Counted from the stretch's first letter, positions 1 to 14,060 are shown. The stretch: 64,000 bases of DNA from Escherichia coli (GCF_009931435.1 NZ_CP043414.1); one strand, 5' to 3'. Notes: generated from the letters alone by a model not told the origin. A program made the numbers and translations.

Positions 1-15
1 GTACAAGTGTACGCT
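1..15. promoter_or_regulatory. Partial imperfect palindrome (gtacaagtgtac) upstream of fabB, cut by the window edge; candidate FabR-type operator
   Basis: Near-palindromic 12-mer about 50 bp upstream of the fabB ATG; fabB is known to be controlled by FabR/FadR. The site is incomplete at the window edge. Confidence 0.3.
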
Positions 16-62
16 ATTGTGCATTCGAAACTTACTCTATGTGCGACTTACAGAGGTATTGA

Positions 63-1283
63 ATGAAACGTGCAGTGATTACTGGCCTGGGCATTGTTTC
101 CAGCATCGGTAATAACCAGCAGGAAGTCCTGGCATCTCTGCGTGAAGGACGTTCAGGGATCACTTTCTCTCAGGAGCTGAAGGATTCCGGCATGCGTAGC
201 CACGTCTGGGGCAACGTAAAACTGGATACCACTGGCCTCATTGACCGCAAAGTTGTGCGCTTTATGAGCGACGCATCCATTTATGCATTCCTTTCTATGG
301 AGCAGGCAATTGCAGATGCTGGCCTCTCCCCGGAAGCTTATCAGAATAACCCGCGCGTTGGCCTGATTGCAGGTTCTGGCGGCGGTTCCCCGCGTTTCCA
401 GGTGTTCGGCGCTGACGCTATGCGTAGCCCGCGCGGCCTGAAAGCGGTTGGCCCGTATGTGGTCACCAAAGCGATGGCATCTGGCGTTTCTGCCTGCCTC
501 GCCACGCCGTTTAAAATTCACGGCGTTAACTACTCCATCAGCTCCGCGTGTGCGACTTCCGCACACTGTATCGGTAACGCAGTAGAGCAGATCCAACTGG
601 GCAAACAGGACATCGTGTTTGCTGGCGGCGGCGAAGAGCTGTGCTGGGAAATGGCTTGCGAATTCGACGCGATGGGCGCGCTGTCTACTAAATACAACGA
701 CACCCCGGAAAAAGCCTCCCGTACTTACGACGCTCACCGCGACGGTTTCGTTATCGCTGGCGGCGGCGGTATGGTGGTGGTTGAAGAGCTGGAACACGCG
801 CTGGCGCGTGGGGCTCACATCTATGCTGAAATCGTTGGTTACGGCGCAACGTCTGATGGTGCAGACATGGTTGCTCCGTCTGGCGAAGGCGCAGTTCGCT
901 GCATGCAGATGGCGATGCACGGTGTTGATACGCCAATCGACTACCTGAACTCTCACGGTACTTCAACTCCGGTTGGCGACGTGAAAGAGCTGGCGGCTAT
1001 CCGTGAAGTATTCGGTGATAAGAGCCCGGCGATTTCTGCAACCAAAGCAATGACCGGTCACTCTCTGGGCGCTGCGGGTGTGCAGGAAGCTATCTACTCT
1101 CTGCTGATGCTGGAACACGGCTTTATCGCACCGAGCATCAACATTGAAGAGCTGGACGAGCAGGCTGCGGGTCTGAACATTGTGACCGAAACGACCGATC
1201 GCGAACTGACTACCGTTATGTCTAACAGCTTCGGCTTCGGTGGCACCAACGCCACGCTGGTAATGCGTAAGCTGAAAGATTAA
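63..1283 (+). CDS. fabB: 3-oxoacyl-ACP synthase I (KAS I)
   Basis: 406-aa ORF; ketosynthase fold with active-site Cys in [10 protein letters not shown] and the GHSLGAAG motif; gene order matches the K-12 fabB neighbourhood. Confidence 0.95.
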   Translation: MKRAVITGLGIVSSIGNNQQEVLASLREGRSGITFSQELKDSGMRSHVWGNVKLDTTGLIDRKVVRFMSDASIYAFLSMEQAIADAGLSPEAYQNNPRVGLIAGSGGGSPRFQVFGADAMRSPRGLKAVGPYVVTKAMASGVSACLATPFKIHGVNYSISSACATSAHCIGNAVEQIQLGKQDIVFAGGGEELCWEMACEFDAMGALSTKYNDTPEKASRTYDAHRDGFVIAGGGGMVVVEELEHALARGAHIYAEIVGYGATSDGADMVAPSGEGAVRCMQMAMHGVDTPIDYLNSHGTSTPVGDVKELAAIREVFGDKSPAISATKAMTGHSLGAAGVQEAIYSLLMLEHGFIAPSINIEELDEQAAGLNIVTETTDRELTTVMSNSFGFGGTNATLVMRKLKD

Positions 1284-1288
1284 TTCGG

Positions 1289-1326
1289 AGTAGGTCGGAT
1301 AAGACGCGTCAGCGTCGCATCCGACG
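1289..1326. repeat. REP (repetitive extragenic palindromic) element
   Basis: gtaggtcggataagacgcg...cgtcgcatccgac, the canonical REP-like palindrome, immediately after the fabB stop. Confidence 0.6.
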
Positions 1327-1344
1327 ATACGCGCTAAAGAAAAA

Positions 1345-1367
1345 GGGAACCCGATGGTTCCCTTTTT
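1345..1367 (+). terminator. Rho-independent terminator of fabB
   Basis: Perfect hairpin gggaacc-cgat-ggttccc followed by ttttt; an A-run upstream makes it potentially bidirectional. Confidence 0.75.
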
Positions 1368-1528
1368 CACATCATTGACAATCGCCGCCTGTTCCAGGCA
1401 AACTTCCCGCTTTGTCGATTTCCTTCTGAAAAGACGTACGCGTTAAATCCTGCCAACGCGTACCGTAACCCTGAAACCAGAGAGATGAGACGGGGAAATT
1501 CCTCGCCTTGCGCTGCATTCTGGAGTAA

Positions 1529-3702
<2,174 letters not shown>

Positions 3703-3800
3703 TACGTATCCTTATACCTGAAATCATCGCAAGTATGCCTGGCCGCGAGATTATGGCACACTTGTCCGGTTAACTCTCGTCTCATACAGGTAACACAAAC

Positions 3801-4937
3801 GTGAAAATCCTTGTTGATGAAAATATGCCTTATGCCCGCGACTTATTTAGCCGTTTGGGTGAGGTGACTGCGGTTCCGGGGCGTCCAATCCCAGTAGCTC
3901 AACTGGCAGATGCGGATGCGCTGATGGTGCGTTCGGTCACGAAAGTGAATGAATCTTTGCTGGCAGGAAAACCCATTAAATTTGTTGGCACAGCCACAGC
4001 GGGAACCGACCATGTCGATGAAGCATGGTTAAAGCAGGCGGGAATTGGTTTTTCCGCAGCACCTGGCTGTAATGCGATTGCGGTGGTGGAATATGTTTTC
4101 TCCTCACTGCTGATGCTTGCTGAACGCGATGGATTTTCACTGCATGAGCGTACCGTGGGGATCGTGGGCGTTGGTAACGTTGGTCGGCGTTTACAGGCGC
4201 GACTGGAAGCGCTGGGGATCAAAACCTTGCTTTGCGATCCGCCGCGTGCCGATCGTGGGGATGAGGGCGATTTCCGTTCGTTGGATGAATTAGTCCAGCA
4301 TGCGGATATCCTGACATTCCATACGCCACTCTTTAAAGACGGACCTTACAAAACGCTGCATCTGGCGGACGAAAAACTGATTCGTAACCTGAAGCCGGGA
4401 GCGATCTTGATTAACGCCTGCCGTGGCGCAGTCGTTGATAATACTGCCCTGTTGACCTGTCTGAATGAAGGTCAGAAGTTAAGCGTAGTGCTGGATGTCT
4501 GGGAAGGCGAACCGGAACTCAACGTAGAATTGCTGAAAAAAGTGGATATCGGCACGCCGCATATTGCGGGCTACACCCTCGAAGGTAAAGCCCGTGGCAC
4601 TACGCAAGTATTTGAAGCGTATAGCAAGTTTATTGGGCATGAGCAACACGTTGCGCTTGATACGTTGCTACCCGCGCCAGAGTTTGGCCGTATTACACTG
4701 CATGGTCCGCTCGATCAACCGACGCTGAAAAGGCTGGTGCATTTGGTGTATGATGTGCGCCGCGATGACGCACCGCTGCGTAAAGTCGCCGGGATACCGG
4801 GTGAGTTCGATAAACTGCGCAAAAACTATCTTGAGCGCCGTGAATGGTCATCTCTGTATGTGATTTGTGATGACGCCAGTGCGGCATCATTGCTGTGTAA
4901 ACTGGGTTTTAACGCCGTTCATCATCCGGCACGTTAA
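3801..4937 (+). CDS. pdxB: Erythronate-4-phosphate dehydrogenase
   Basis: 378-aa ORF with GTG start; D-2-hydroxyacid dehydrogenase NAD-binding motif [12 protein letters not shown]. Confidence 0.9.
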   Translation: MKILVDENMPYARDLFSRLGEVTAVPGRPIPVAQLADADALMVRSVTKVNESLLAGKPIKFVGTATAGTDHVDEAWLKQAGIGFSAAPGCNAIAVVEYVFSSLLMLAERDGFSLHERTVGIVGVGNVGRRLQARLEALGIKTLLCDPPRADRGDEGDFRSLDELVQHADILTFHTPLFKDGPYKTLHLADEKLIRNLKPGAILINACRGAVVDNTALLTCLNEGQKLSVVLDVWEGEPELNVELLKKVDIGTPHIAGYTLEGKARGTTQVFEAYSKFIGHEQHVALDTLLPAPEFGRITLHGPLDQPTLKRLVHLVYDVRRDDAPLRKVAGIPGEFDKLRKNYLERREWSSLYVICDDASAASLLCKLGFNAVHHPAR

Positions 4938-5002
4938 TCTCTTCTTCATGCTCTCTGCTGTAATATTGGCAGGGAGCTTTGCTATTTCTGGAGTAAACCA
5001 CC

Positions 5003-6016
5003 ATGTCTGAAGGCTGGAACATTGCCGTCCTGGGCGCAACTGGCGCTGTGGGCGAAGCCCTGCTTGAAACGCTGGCTGAACGTCAGTTCCCGGTTGGGGA
5101 AATTTATGCACTGGCACGTAACGAAAGCGCAGGCGAACAACTGCGCTTTGGTGGTAAGACAATCACCGTGCAGGATGCCGCTGAATTCGACTGGACGCAG
5201 GCACAGCTGGCGTTTTTTGTCGCAGGCAAAGAAGCTACCGCTGCCTGGGTTGAAGAAGCGACCAACTCAGGTTGCCTGGTGATCGACAGCAGCGGATTGT
5301 TTGCTCTCGAACCTGACGTACCGCTGGTGGTGCCGGAAGTTAACCCGTTTGTACTGACCGATTACCGCAACCGAAATGTCATCGCCGTACCGGACAGCCT
5401 GACCAGCCAGCTGTTGGCAGCACTGAAACCGTTAATCGATCAGGGCGGTTTGTCACGTATCAGCGTCACCAGCCTGATTTCTGCCTCCGCCCAGGGTAAA
5501 AAAGCGGTCGATGCGTTAGCGGGGCAGAGTGCTAAATTGCTCAACGGCATTCCGATTGACGAAGAAGATTTCTTCGGGCGTCAACTGGCGTTCAACATGC
5601 TGCCGTTACTGCCGGATAGCGAAGGTAGCGTGCGTGAAGAACGTCGTATCGTTGACGAAGTACGCAAAATCCTGCAAGACGAAGGGCTGATGATTTCGGC
5701 AAGTGTTGTTCAGGCACCGGTATTTTACGGTCATGCCCAGATGGTCAACTTTGAAGCTCTGCGTCCGCTGGCGGCAGAAGAAGCGCGTGATGCGTTTGCC
5801 CAGGGCGAAGATATTGTGCTCTCTGAAGAGAACGAATTCCCGACGCAGGTGGGGGATGCTTCTGGTACGCCGCATCTTTCCGTTGGCTGCGTACGCAATG
5901 ACTACGGTATGCCGGAGCAAGTCCAGTTCTGGTCAGTGGCCGATAACGTTCGCTTTGGCGGCGCGCTGATGGCAGTAAAAATCGCCGAGAAACTGGTGCA
6001 GGAGTATCTGTACTAA
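5003..6016 (+). CDS. usg: USG-1 protein (aspartate-semialdehyde dehydrogenase paralog)
   Basis: 337-aa ORF; N-terminal Rossmann motif [15 protein letters not shown]; stop overlaps the truA start (TAATG). Confidence 0.85.
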   Translation: MSEGWNIAVLGATGAVGEALLETLAERQFPVGEIYALARNESAGEQLRFGGKTITVQDAAEFDWTQAQLAFFVAGKEATAAWVEEATNSGCLVIDSSGLFALEPDVPLVVPEVNPFVLTDYRNRNVIAVPDSLTSQLLAALKPLIDQGGLSRISVTSLISASAQGKKAVDALAGQSAKLLNGIPIDEEDFFGRQLAFNMLPLLPDSEGSVREERRIVDEVRKILQDEGLMISASVVQAPVFYGHAQMVNFEALRPLAAEEARDAFAQGEDIVLSEENEFPTQVGDASGTPHLSVGCVRNDYGMPEQVQFWSVADNVRFGGALMAVKIAEKLVQEYLY

Positions 6017-6828
6017 TGTCCGACCAGCAACAACCGCCAGTTTACAAAATTGCGCTGGGCATTGAGTACGACGGTAGTAAGTATTACGGCTGGCAACGGC
6101 AGAACGAAGTACGCAGTGTGCAGGAGAAGCTGGAAAAGGCGCTCTCCCAGGTGGCGAACGAACCGATCACCGTCTTCTGCGCCGGGCGTACTGACGCAGG
6201 TGTACACGGCACCGGGCAGGTTGTGCATTTCGAAACGACCGCGCAGCGCAAAGACGCTGCGTGGACGTTGGGCGTAAATGCGAATTTACCTGGTGACATC
6301 GCCGTGCGTTGGGTTAAAGCTGTACCTGATGATTTTCATGCTCGATTTAGCGCCACGGCTCGCCGTTATCGCTACATCATCTACAATCATCGGCTGCGTC
6401 CGGCAGTGCTGAGTAAAGGGGTAACCCATTTTTACGAACCGCTGGACGCTGAACGGATGCATCGGGCCGCGCAATGCCTGCTGGGCGAGAATGATTTCAC
6501 CTCGTTCCGTGCGGTGCAGTGCCAGTCCCGAACCCCGTGGCGCAATGTTATGCATATTAACGTCACGCGTCACGGTCCTTATGTGGTGGTAGATATCAAA
6601 GCAAATGCCTTTGTACATCATATGGTGAGGAATATTGTCGGCAGCCTGATGGAAGTCGGTGCCAACAACCAGCCGGAGAGCTGGATAGCAGAACTGCTGG
6701 CAGCAAAGGACAGAACGCTGGCGGCAGCAACGGCAAAAGCGGAAGGGCTGTATCTGGTCGCGGTGGATTACCCTGACCGGTTTGATCTTCCAAAACCGCC
6801 AATGGGCCCGCTATTTCTGGCGGACTAA
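6016..6828 (+). CDS. truA: tRNA pseudouridine(38-40) synthase
   Basis: 270-aa ORF; catalytic motif GRTDAGVHG; translationally coupled to usg. Confidence 0.9.
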   Translation: MSDQQQPPVYKIALGIEYDGSKYYGWQRQNEVRSVQEKLEKALSQVANEPITVFCAGRTDAGVHGTGQVVHFETTAQRKDAAWTLGVNANLPGDIAVRWVKAVPDDFHARFSATARRYRYIIYNHRLRPAVLSKGVTHFYEPLDAERMHRAAQCLLGENDFTSFRAVQCQSRTPWRNVMHINVTRHGPYVVVDIKANAFVHHMVRNIVGSLMEVGANNQPESWIAELLAAKDRTLAAATAKAEGLYLVAVDYPDRFDLPKPPMGPLFLAD

Positions 6829-6910
6829 CGAGAATAAAGCTCGGAAAATTTCAGGCTGTAGCCAACGTAGTTACGGCCTGAAAGATGACGAGTACAAGGC
6901 ATAGGCTAAT

Positions 6911-7570
6911 ATGGACCTGATTTATTTCCTCATCGATTTTATCCTGCACATTGACGTGCATCTGGCAGAACTGGTCGCAGAGTATGGCGTCTGGGTTTAT
7001 GCCATCCTGTTTTTGATTTTGTTCTGTGAAACCGGTCTGGTGGTAACGCCGTTCTTACCGGGAGATTCGCTGCTGTTTGTTGCAGGGGCACTGGCCTCGC
7101 TTGAAACCAACGATCTCAATGTTCATATGATGGTGGTACTGATGTTAATTGCCGCGATTGTTGGTGATGCGGTCAACTACACCATAGGACGGTTGTTCGG
7201 TGAGAAATTATTCAGTAATCCGAACTCGAAAATTTTTCGTCGTAGCTATCTCGACAAAACTCATCAGTTTTATGAAAAACACGGCGGCAAAACCATTATT
7301 CTCGCCCGTTTTGTGCCGATCGTCAGAACGTTTGCCCCCTTTGTTGCAGGGATGGGCCACATGTCGTACCGTCATTTCGCTGCCTATAACGTGATCGGCG
7401 CACTGTTGTGGGTACTGCTTTTTACCTACGCAGGCTATTTCTTCGGTACAATTCCGATGGTTCAGGATAACCTTAAGCTGCTGATCGTCGGGATTATTGT
7501 GGTTTCCATTTTGCCGGGCGTCATCGAAATTATCCGTCACAAACGCGCTGCGGCACGCGCCGCAAAATAA
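6911..7570 (+). CDS. dedA: DedA-family inner membrane protein
   Basis: 219-aa hydrophobic ORF; position upstream of accD. Confidence 0.85.
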   Translation: MDLIYFLIDFILHIDVHLAELVAEYGVWVYAILFLILFCETGLVVTPFLPGDSLLFVAGALASLETNDLNVHMMVVLMLIAAIVGDAVNYTIGRLFGEKLFSNPNSKIFRRSYLDKTHQFYEKHGGKTIILARFVPIVRTFAPFVAGMGHMSYRHFAAYNVIGALLWVLLFTYAGYFFGTIPMVQDNLKLLIVGIIVVSILPGVIEIIRHKRAAARAAK

Positions 7571-7725
7571 AAAGTAACTCCGCGGTTCGACCACTTTTTT
7601 ATCCAAAGTTTCGGGCTGTTATGTTTTAATGTGCAACATTCATGGTCTGTTGGGGGCAAAAATGGCATTATGCGTCCCCAAAGATAAAACTGGCATCGAA
7701 CCAGGTTCAGACAGAAAGGTCCCTA

Positions 7726-8640
7726 ATGAGCTGGATTGAACGAATTAAAAGCAACATTACTCCCACCCGCAAGGCGAGCATTCCTGAAGGGGTGTGGACT
7801 AAGTGTGATAGCTGCGGTCAGGTTTTATACCGCGCTGAGCTGGAACGTAATCTTGAGGTCTGTCCGAAGTGTGACCATCACATGCGTATGACAGCGCGTA
7901 ATCGCCTGCATAGCCTGTTAGATGAAGGAAGCCTTGTGGAGCTGGGTAGCGAGCTTGAGCCGAAAGATGTGCTGAAGTTTCGTGACTCCAAGAAATATAA
8001 AGACCGTCTGGCATCTGCGCAGAAAGAAACCGGCGAAAAAGATGCGCTGGTGGTGATGAAAGGCACCCTGTATGGAATGCCGGTTGTCGCTGCGGCATTC
8101 GAGTTCGCCTTTATGGGCGGTTCCATGGGGTCTGTGGTAGGTGCACGTTTCGTACGTGCCGTTGAGCAGGCGCTGGAAGATAACTGCCCGCTGATCTGCT
8201 TCTCCGCCTCTGGTGGCGCACGTATGCAGGAAGCACTGATGTCGCTGATGCAGATGGCGAAAACCTCTGCGGCACTGGCAAAAATGCAGGAGCGCGGCTT
8301 GCCGTACATCTCCGTGCTGACCGACCCGACCATGGGCGGTGTTTCTGCAAGTTTCGCCATGCTGGGCGATCTCAATATTGCTGAACCGAAAGCGTTAATC
8401 GGCTTTGCCGGTCCGCGTGTTATCGAACAGACCGTTCGCGAAAAACTGCCGCCAGGATTCCAGCGCAGTGAATTCCTGATCGAGAAAGGCGCCATCGACA
8501 TGATCGTCCGTCGTCCGGAAATGCGCCTGAAACTGGCGAGCATTCTGGCGAAGTTGATGAATTTGCCAGCGCCGAATCCTGAAGCGCCGCGTGAAGGCGT
8601 AGTGGTGCCACCGGTACCGGATCAGGAACCTGAGGCCTGA
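7726..8640 (+). CDS. accD: Acetyl-CoA carboxylase carboxyltransferase beta subunit
   Basis: The ORF-track 332-aa frame has an upstream extension; start chosen at MSWIERIK (304 aa). N-terminal Zn finger CDSCGQ...CPKCDHH. Confidence 0.9.
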
Positions 8641-8650
8641 TAACTGATAA

Positions 8651-8678
8651 GGGCAGGGCCACTGGCTCTGCCCTTTTG
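8651..8678 (+). terminator. Terminator-like hairpin after accD
   Basis: gggcagggcc...gctctgccc stem followed by tttt. Confidence 0.5.
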
Positions 8679-8709
8679 CTATTCTCACCGTAACGAATCA
8701 GCGGATACC

Positions 8710-9978
8710 ATGATTATCAAACGCACTCCTCAAGCCGCGTCGCCTCTGGCTTCGTGGCTTTCTTATCTGGAAAACCTGCACAGTAAAACTATCGATCTTG
8801 GCCTTGAGCGCGTAAGCCAGGTCGCGGCACGTCTTGGCGTTCTGAAACCAGCGCCATTTGTATTTACCGTTGCGGGTACGAATGGCAAAGGCACCACCTG
8901 CCGTACGCTGGAGTCGATTCTGATGGCGGCAGGGTACAGAGTGGGCGTCTACAGTTCGCCGCATCTGGTGCGTTATACCGAGCGCGTACGTGTGCAGGGC
9001 CAGGAATTGCCGGAATCGGCCCACACAGCCTCTTTTGCGGAGATTGAATCGGCACGCGGTGATATTTCCCTGACCTATTTCGAGTACGGTACGTTGTCGG
9101 CGTTGTGGCTGTTCAAACAGGCACAACTTGACGTGGTGATTCTGGAAGTAGGGCTGGGCGGACGTCTGGATGCAACCAATATTGTCGATGCTGATGTTGC
9201 GGTGGTGACCAGCATTGCGCTGGATCATACCGACTGGTTGGGGCCAGATCGCGAAAGCATTGGTCGTGAGAAAGCAGGGATTTTCCGCAATGAAAAACCG
9301 GCAATTGTCGGAGAGCCTGAAATGCCTTCTACCATTGCTGATGTGGCGCAGGAAAAAGGCGCACTGCTACAACGTCGGGGCGTTGAGTGGAACTATTCCG
9401 TCAGTGACAATGACTGGACGTTCAGCGATGCTTACGGCACGCTGGAAAATCTGCCGTTGCCGCTTGTCCCGCAACCGAATGCCGCAACGGCACTGGCGGC
9501 ACTGCGTGCCAGCGGGCTGGAGGTCAGTGAAAATGCCATTCGCGACGGGATTGCCAGCGCAATTTTGCCGGGACGTTTCCAGATTGTGAGCGAGTCGCCA
9601 CGCGTTATTTTTGATGTCGCGCATAATCCACATGCGGCGGAATATCTCACCGGGCGTATGAAAGCGCTACCGAAAAACGGGCGCGTGCTGGCGGTTATCG
9701 GTATGCTACATGATAAAGATATTGCCGGAACTCTGGCCTGGTTGAAAAGCGTGGTTGATGACTGGTATTGTGCGCCACTGGAAGGGCCGCGCGGTGCCAC
9801 GGCAGAACAACTGCTTGAGCATTTGGGTAACGGCAAATCATTTGATAGCGTGGCGCAGGCATGGGATGCCGCAATGGCGGACGCTAAAGCGGAAGATACC
9901 GTGCTGGTGTGTGGTTCGTTCCACACGGTCGCACATGTCATGGAAGTGATTGACGCGAGGAGAAGCGGTGGCAAGTAA
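8710..9978 (+). CDS. folC: Dihydrofolate synthase / folylpolyglutamate synthase
   Basis: 422-aa ORF; P-loop TVAGTNGKGTT; Mur-ligase-like fold. Confidence 0.9.
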   Translation: MIIKRTPQAASPLASWLSYLENLHSKTIDLGLERVSQVAARLGVLKPAPFVFTVAGTNGKGTTCRTLESILMAAGYRVGVYSSPHLVRYTERVRVQGQELPESAHTASFAEIESARGDISLTYFEYGTLSALWLFKQAQLDVVILEVGLGGRLDATNIVDADVAVVTSIALDHTDWLGPDRESIGREKAGIFRNEKPAIVGEPEMPSTIADVAQEKGALLQRRGVEWNYSVSDNDWTFSDAYGTLENLPLPLVPQPNAATALAALRASGLEVSENAIRDGIASAILPGRFQIVSESPRVIFDVAHNPHAAEYLTGRMKALPKNGRVLAVIGMLHDKDIAGTLAWLKSVVDDWYCAPLEGPRGATAEQLLEHLGNGKSFDSVAQAWDAAMADAKAEDTVLVCGSFHTVAHVMEVIDARRSGGK

Positions 9979-10630
9979 GTTTCAGAATCGGTTAGTGGGT
10001 ACGATCGTGCTGGTGGCGCTGGGGGTGATTGTACTTCCAGGGTTGCTGGACGGGCAGAAAAAGCATTATCAGGATGAGTTCGCGGCAATCCCTCTGGTGC
10101 CGAAAGCGGGCGATCGCGATGAGCCTGATATGATGCCAGCCGCCACCCAGGCGTTGCCGACACAGCCGCCGGAAGGCGCAGCGGAAGAGGTGCGGGCAGG
10201 TGATGCTGCCGCGCCGTCGCTCGATCCGGCCACTATTGCAGCTAATAACACCGAGTTTGAACCGGAACCTGCACCGGTCGCCCCACCGAAGCCGAAACCG
10301 GTGGAACCGCCTAAACCGAAGGTTGAAGCACCACCTGCGCCGAAGCCAGAACCGAAGCCGGTCGTGGAAGAAAAAGCAGCGCCAACGGGTAAAGCTTATG
10401 TTGTGCAACTGGGCGCGCTGAAAAATGCCGATAAAGTGAATGAGATTGTCGGTAAGCTGCGCGGTGCCGGCTATCGGGTTTATACGTCGCCATCCACGCC
10501 GGTGCAGGGTAAAATTACCCGTATTCTGGTTGGGCCAGATGCCTCGAAAGATAAGCTGAAAGGTTCGCTGGGTGAACTCAAGCAGCTTTCTGGCTTAAGT
10601 GGCGTGGTGATGGGCTATACACCGAATTAG
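9968..10630 (+). CDS. dedD: Cell-division SPOR-domain protein DedD
   Basis: The ORF-track frame starts at TTG 9950; likely GTG start at 9968 (VASKFQ...). N-terminal TM helix, Pro/Ala/Lys-rich linker (PKPKPVEPPKPK) and C-terminal SPOR-like domain; overlaps the folC 3' end. Confidence 0.8.
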   Translation: MASKFQNRLVGTIVLVALGVIVLPGLLDGQKKHYQDEFAAIPLVPKAGDRDEPDMMPAATQALPTQPPEGAAEEVRAGDAAAPSLDPATIAANNTEFEPEPAPVAPPKPKPVEPPKPKVEAPPAPKPEPKPVVEEKAAPTGKAYVVQLGALKNADKVNEIVGKLRGAGYRVYTSPSTPVQGKITRILVGPDASKDKLKGSLGELKQLSGLSGVVMGYTPN

Positions 10631-10639
10631 TACGGTTTT

Positions 10640-10988
<349 letters not shown>

Positions 10989-11015
10989 GCCCGATGCTGC
11001 AAAGGCATAAAAAGT

Positions 11016-11050
11016 CGATGGCGTTGAATATTTTTTCAGCGCCATTTTTA
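11016..11050 (+). terminator. Terminator-like hairpin closing the folC-dedD transcription unit
   Basis: ggcgttgaa-tatttttt-cagcgcc hairpin followed by a T-rich tract. Confidence 0.4.
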
Positions 11051-11074
11051 TTGATGCGTGGGAAGGAAATCCCT

Positions 11075-11090
11075 ACGCAAACGTTTTCTT
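11075..11090. promoter_or_regulatory. PurR operator (pur box) of the cvpA-purF operon
   Basis: acgcaaacgttttctt matches the PurR box consensus (aCGCAAACGtTTTCnT), about 57 bp upstream of the cvpA ATG. Confidence 0.7.
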
Positions 11091-11146
11091 TTTCTGTTAG
11101 AATGCGCCCCGAACAGGATGACAGGGCGTAAAATCGTGGGACACAT

Positions 11147-11635
11147 ATGGTCTGGATTGATTACGCCATAATCGCGGTGATTGCTTTTTCCTCTCTGGTT
11201 AGCCTGATCCGCGGCTTTGTTCGTGAAACGTTATCGCTGGTGACATGGGGTTGTGCTTTCTTTGTCGCCAGTCATTACTACACTTACCTGTCAGTCTGGT
11301 TTACGGGCTTTGAAGACGAACTGGTTCGAAATGGGATTGCCATCGCGGTACTGTTTATCGCGACACTGATCGTTGGCGCTATCGTGAACTTCGTGATAGG
11401 TCAGTTGGTTGAGAAAACCCACCTGACGGGCACCGACCGGGTGCTGGGCGTCTGTTTCGGTGCGTTGCGCGGTGTGTTGATTGTTGCTGCCATTCTCTTC
11501 TTTCTCGACTCTTTTACCGGAGTGTCGAAAAGCGAAGACTGGAGCAAATCACAGCTGATCCCGCAGTTCAGTTTTATCATCAGATGGTTTTTTGATTATC
11601 TGCAAAGCTCGTCAAGTTTCTTGCCCAGAGCGTAA
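11147..11635 (+). CDS. cvpA: Colicin V production membrane protein
   Basis: 162-aa hydrophobic ORF immediately upstream of purF. Confidence 0.85.
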   Translation: MVWIDYAIIAVIAFSSLVSLIRGFVRETLSLVTWGCAFFVASHYYTYLSVWFTGFEDELVRNGIAIAVLFIATLIVGAIVNFVIGQLVEKTHLTGTDRVLGVCFGALRGVLIVAAILFFLDSFTGVSKSEDWSKSQLIPQFSFIIRWFFDYLQSSSSFLPRA

Positions 11636-11671
11636 GTGCTCTGAGATGTGGCTTAACGAGGAAAAAGACGT

Positions 11672-13189
11672 ATGTGCGGTATTGTCGGTATCGCCGGTGT
11701 TATGCCGGTTAACCAGTCGATTTATGATGCCTTAACGGTGCTTCAGCATCGCGGTCAGGATGCCGCCGGCATCATCACCATTGATGCCAATAACTGCTTC
11801 CGTTTGCGTAAAGCGAACGGGCTGGTGAGCGATGTCTTCGAAGCTCGCCATATGCAGCGTTTGCAGGGCAATATGGGCATTGGTCATGTGCGTTACCCCA
11901 CGGCTGGTAGCTCCAGCGCCTCTGAAGCGCAGCCGTTTTACGTTAACTCCCCGTATGGCATCACGCTTGCCCACAACGGCAATCTGACCAACGCTCACGA
12001 GTTGCGTAAAAAACTGTTTGAAGAAAAACGCCGCCACATCAACACCACTTCCGACTCGGAAATTCTGCTTAATATCTTCGCCAGCGAGCTGGACAACTTC
12101 CGCCACTACCCGCTGGAAGCCGACAACATCTTCGCCGCCATTGCTGCTACAAACCGCTTAATCCGCGGCGCGTATGCCTGTGTGGCGATGATTATCGGCC
12201 ACGGTATGGTGGCTTTCCGCGATCCTAACGGTATTCGTCCGCTGGTACTGGGGAAACGTGATATCGACGACAATCGCACAGAATATATGGTCGCTTCCGA
12301 AAGCGTTGCGCTCGATACCCTGGGCTTTGAGTTCCTGCGTGATGTCGCCCCAGGCGAGGCGATTTACATCACTGAAGAAGGGCAGCTGTTTACCCGTCAG
12401 TGCGCTGACAACCCGGTCAGCAATCCGTGCCTGTTCGAGTATGTTTACTTTGCCCGACCAGACTCGTTCATCGACAAAATTTCCGTTTACAGCGCGCGTG
12501 TGAATATGGGCACCAAGCTGGGCGAGAAAATTGCTCGTGAATGGGAAGATCTGGATATCGACGTGGTGATCCCAATTCCGGAAACCTCTTGTGATATCGC
12601 GCTGGAAATCGCCCGTATTCTGGGCAAACCGTACCGCCAGGGCTTTGTGAAAAACCGCTATGTTGGCCGCACGTTTATCATGCCGGGCCAGCAGCTGCGT
12701 CGTAAGTCCGTGCGCCGTAAACTGAACGCCAACCGCGCTGAATTCCGCGATAAAAACGTCCTGCTGGTCGATGACTCCATCGTGCGTGGTACTACTTCTG
12801 AGCAGATTATCGAGATGGCGCGTGAAGCCGGAGCGAAGAAAGTTTACCTCGCTTCTGCGGCACCGGAAATTCGCTTCCCGAACGTTTACGGGATTGATAT
12901 GCCAAGCGCCACGGAGCTTATCGCCCACGGTCGTGAAGTGGATGAAATTCGCCAGATCATCGGTGCTGATGGTTTGATTTTCCAGGATCTGAATGATCTG
13001 ATCGAAGCCGTCCGTGCGGAAAACCCGGATATCCAGCAGTTTGAATGCTCGGTGTTCAACGGCGTTTACGTCACCAAAGATGTTGATCAGGGCTACCTCG
13101 ATTTCCTTGATACTTTACGTAATGACGACGCTAAAGCCGTGCAACGTCAGAACGAAGTGGAAAATCTCGAAATGCATAACGAAGGATGA
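11672..13189 (+). CDS. purF: Amidophosphoribosyltransferase
   Basis: 505-aa ORF; N-terminal MCGIVGI (Ntn Cys nucleophile); PRPP-binding motif [13 protein letters not shown]. Confidence 0.95.
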   Translation: MCGIVGIAGVMPVNQSIYDALTVLQHRGQDAAGIITIDANNCFRLRKANGLVSDVFEARHMQRLQGNMGIGHVRYPTAGSSSASEAQPFYVNSPYGITLAHNGNLTNAHELRKKLFEEKRRHINTTSDSEILLNIFASELDNFRHYPLEADNIFAAIAATNRLIRGAYACVAMIIGHGMVAFRDPNGIRPLVLGKRDIDDNRTEYMVASESVALDTLGFEFLRDVAPGEAIYITEEGQLFTRQCADNPVSNPCLFEYVYFARPDSFIDKISVYSARVNMGTKLGEKIAREWEDLDIDVVIPIPETSCDIALEIARILGKPYRQGFVKNRYVGRTFIMPGQQLRRKSVRRKLNANRAEFRDKNVLLVDDSIVRGTTSEQIIEMAREAGAKKVYLASAAPEIRFPNVYGIDMPSATELIAHGREVDEIRQIIGADGLIFQDLNDLIEAVRAENPDIQQFECSVFNGVYVTKDVDQGYLDFLDTLRNDDAKAVQRQNEVENLEMHNEG

Positions 13190-13283
13190 TGACTTCGCTC
13201 AGGGTGCCGGTCTGGCACCCTGACTTGCAACTCCCGCCGAAATCCTGCAAAGTCTGGCTGCAAGTCTGACAGGGCAACTATTT

Positions 13284-13853
13284 ATGAAACGACTTATTGT
13301 GGGCATCAGCGGTGCCAGCGGCGCGATTTATGGCGTGCGTTTATTACAGGTTCTGCGTGATGTCGCAGATGTTGAAACGCATCTGGTAATGAGCCAGGCC
13401 GCGCGCCAGACCTTATCCCTTGAAACGGATTTCTCCCTGCGTGATGTGCAGGCATTAGCCGATGTCACGCACGATGCGCGCGATATTGCCGCCAGCATCT
13501 CTTCCGGTTCTTTCCAGACGTTGGGGATGGTGATTTTACCCTGTTCAATCAAAACCCTGTCCGGCATTGTGCATAGCTATACGGATGGCTTACTGACCCG
13601 TGCGGCAGATGTGGTGCTGAAAGAGCGTCGCCCGCTGGTGCTCTGCGTGCGTGAAACACCGTTGCACTTAGGCCACCTGCGTTTAATGACTCAGGCGGCA
13701 GAAATCGGTGCGGTAATTATGCCTCCCGTTCCGGCATTTTATCATCGCCCACAATCCCTTGATGATGTGATAAATCAGACGGTTAACCGTGTTCTTGACC
13801 AGTTTGCGATAAATCTACCCGAAGATCTCTTTGCCCGCTGGCAGGGCGCATAA
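13284..13853 (+). CDS. ubiX: Flavin prenyltransferase UbiX
   Basis: 189-aa ORF; flavoprotein motif GISGASGAIYG. Confidence 0.9.
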   Translation: MKRLIVGISGASGAIYGVRLLQVLRDVADVETHLVMSQAARQTLSLETDFSLRDVQALADVTHDARDIAASISSGSFQTLGMVILPCSIKTLSGIVHSYTDGLLTRAADVVLKERRPLVLCVRETPLHLGHLRLMTQAAEIGAVIMPPVPAFYHRPQSLDDVINQTVNRVLDQFAINLPEDLFARWQGA

Positions 13854-13861
13854 CTCCGCTG

Positions 13862-13884
13862 TTGCCCTGTTTCAGGGCAATTTT
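13862..13884 (+). terminator. Rho-independent terminator after ubiX
   Basis: ttgccctg-ttt-cagggcaa hairpin followed by tttt. Confidence 0.6.
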
Positions 13885-14044
13885 GCAACCGCGATCAAAT
13901 CCTCAACATTTTGTTCCTGCCATTCAATCTAAACGCTGCGATCCAACCGCCATACCTGCTATCTTCAACTTCAGGACAATAATGCAACGTCTTATTAACA
14001 TATTTAACGTTGAATGTTACTGTTGTCGTCAAGATGGCATAAGA

Positions 14045-14060
14045 CCTGCATGAACGAGCC
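14045..14060 (+). promoter_or_regulatory. Candidate sigma54 (-24/-12) promoter of argT
   Basis: tggcat-aagac-ctgca fits the TGGCAC-N5-TTGCA spacing, about 58 bp upstream of the argT ATG; argT is nitrogen-regulated in enterics. Confidence 0.45.

Noticed and set aside
153-956. 267-aa minus-strand ORF antisense to fabB (similarly 12158-12928 antisense to purF, 9432-10163 antisense to folC/dedD, 15737-16150 antisense to hisQ)
   Set aside because: All lie inside confidently identified genes and lack start-site signals; treated as spurious.
7642-7725. 84-bp upstream in-frame extension of accD (likewise 24826-24846 for yfcC, 29294-29311 for yfbU, 29772-29816 for hxpA, 59756-60106 for menD, 57759-57776 for rbn)
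   Set aside because: The ORF track reports the longest frame. SD spacing, overlap with upstream genes or recalled protein N-termini favour the shorter starts.
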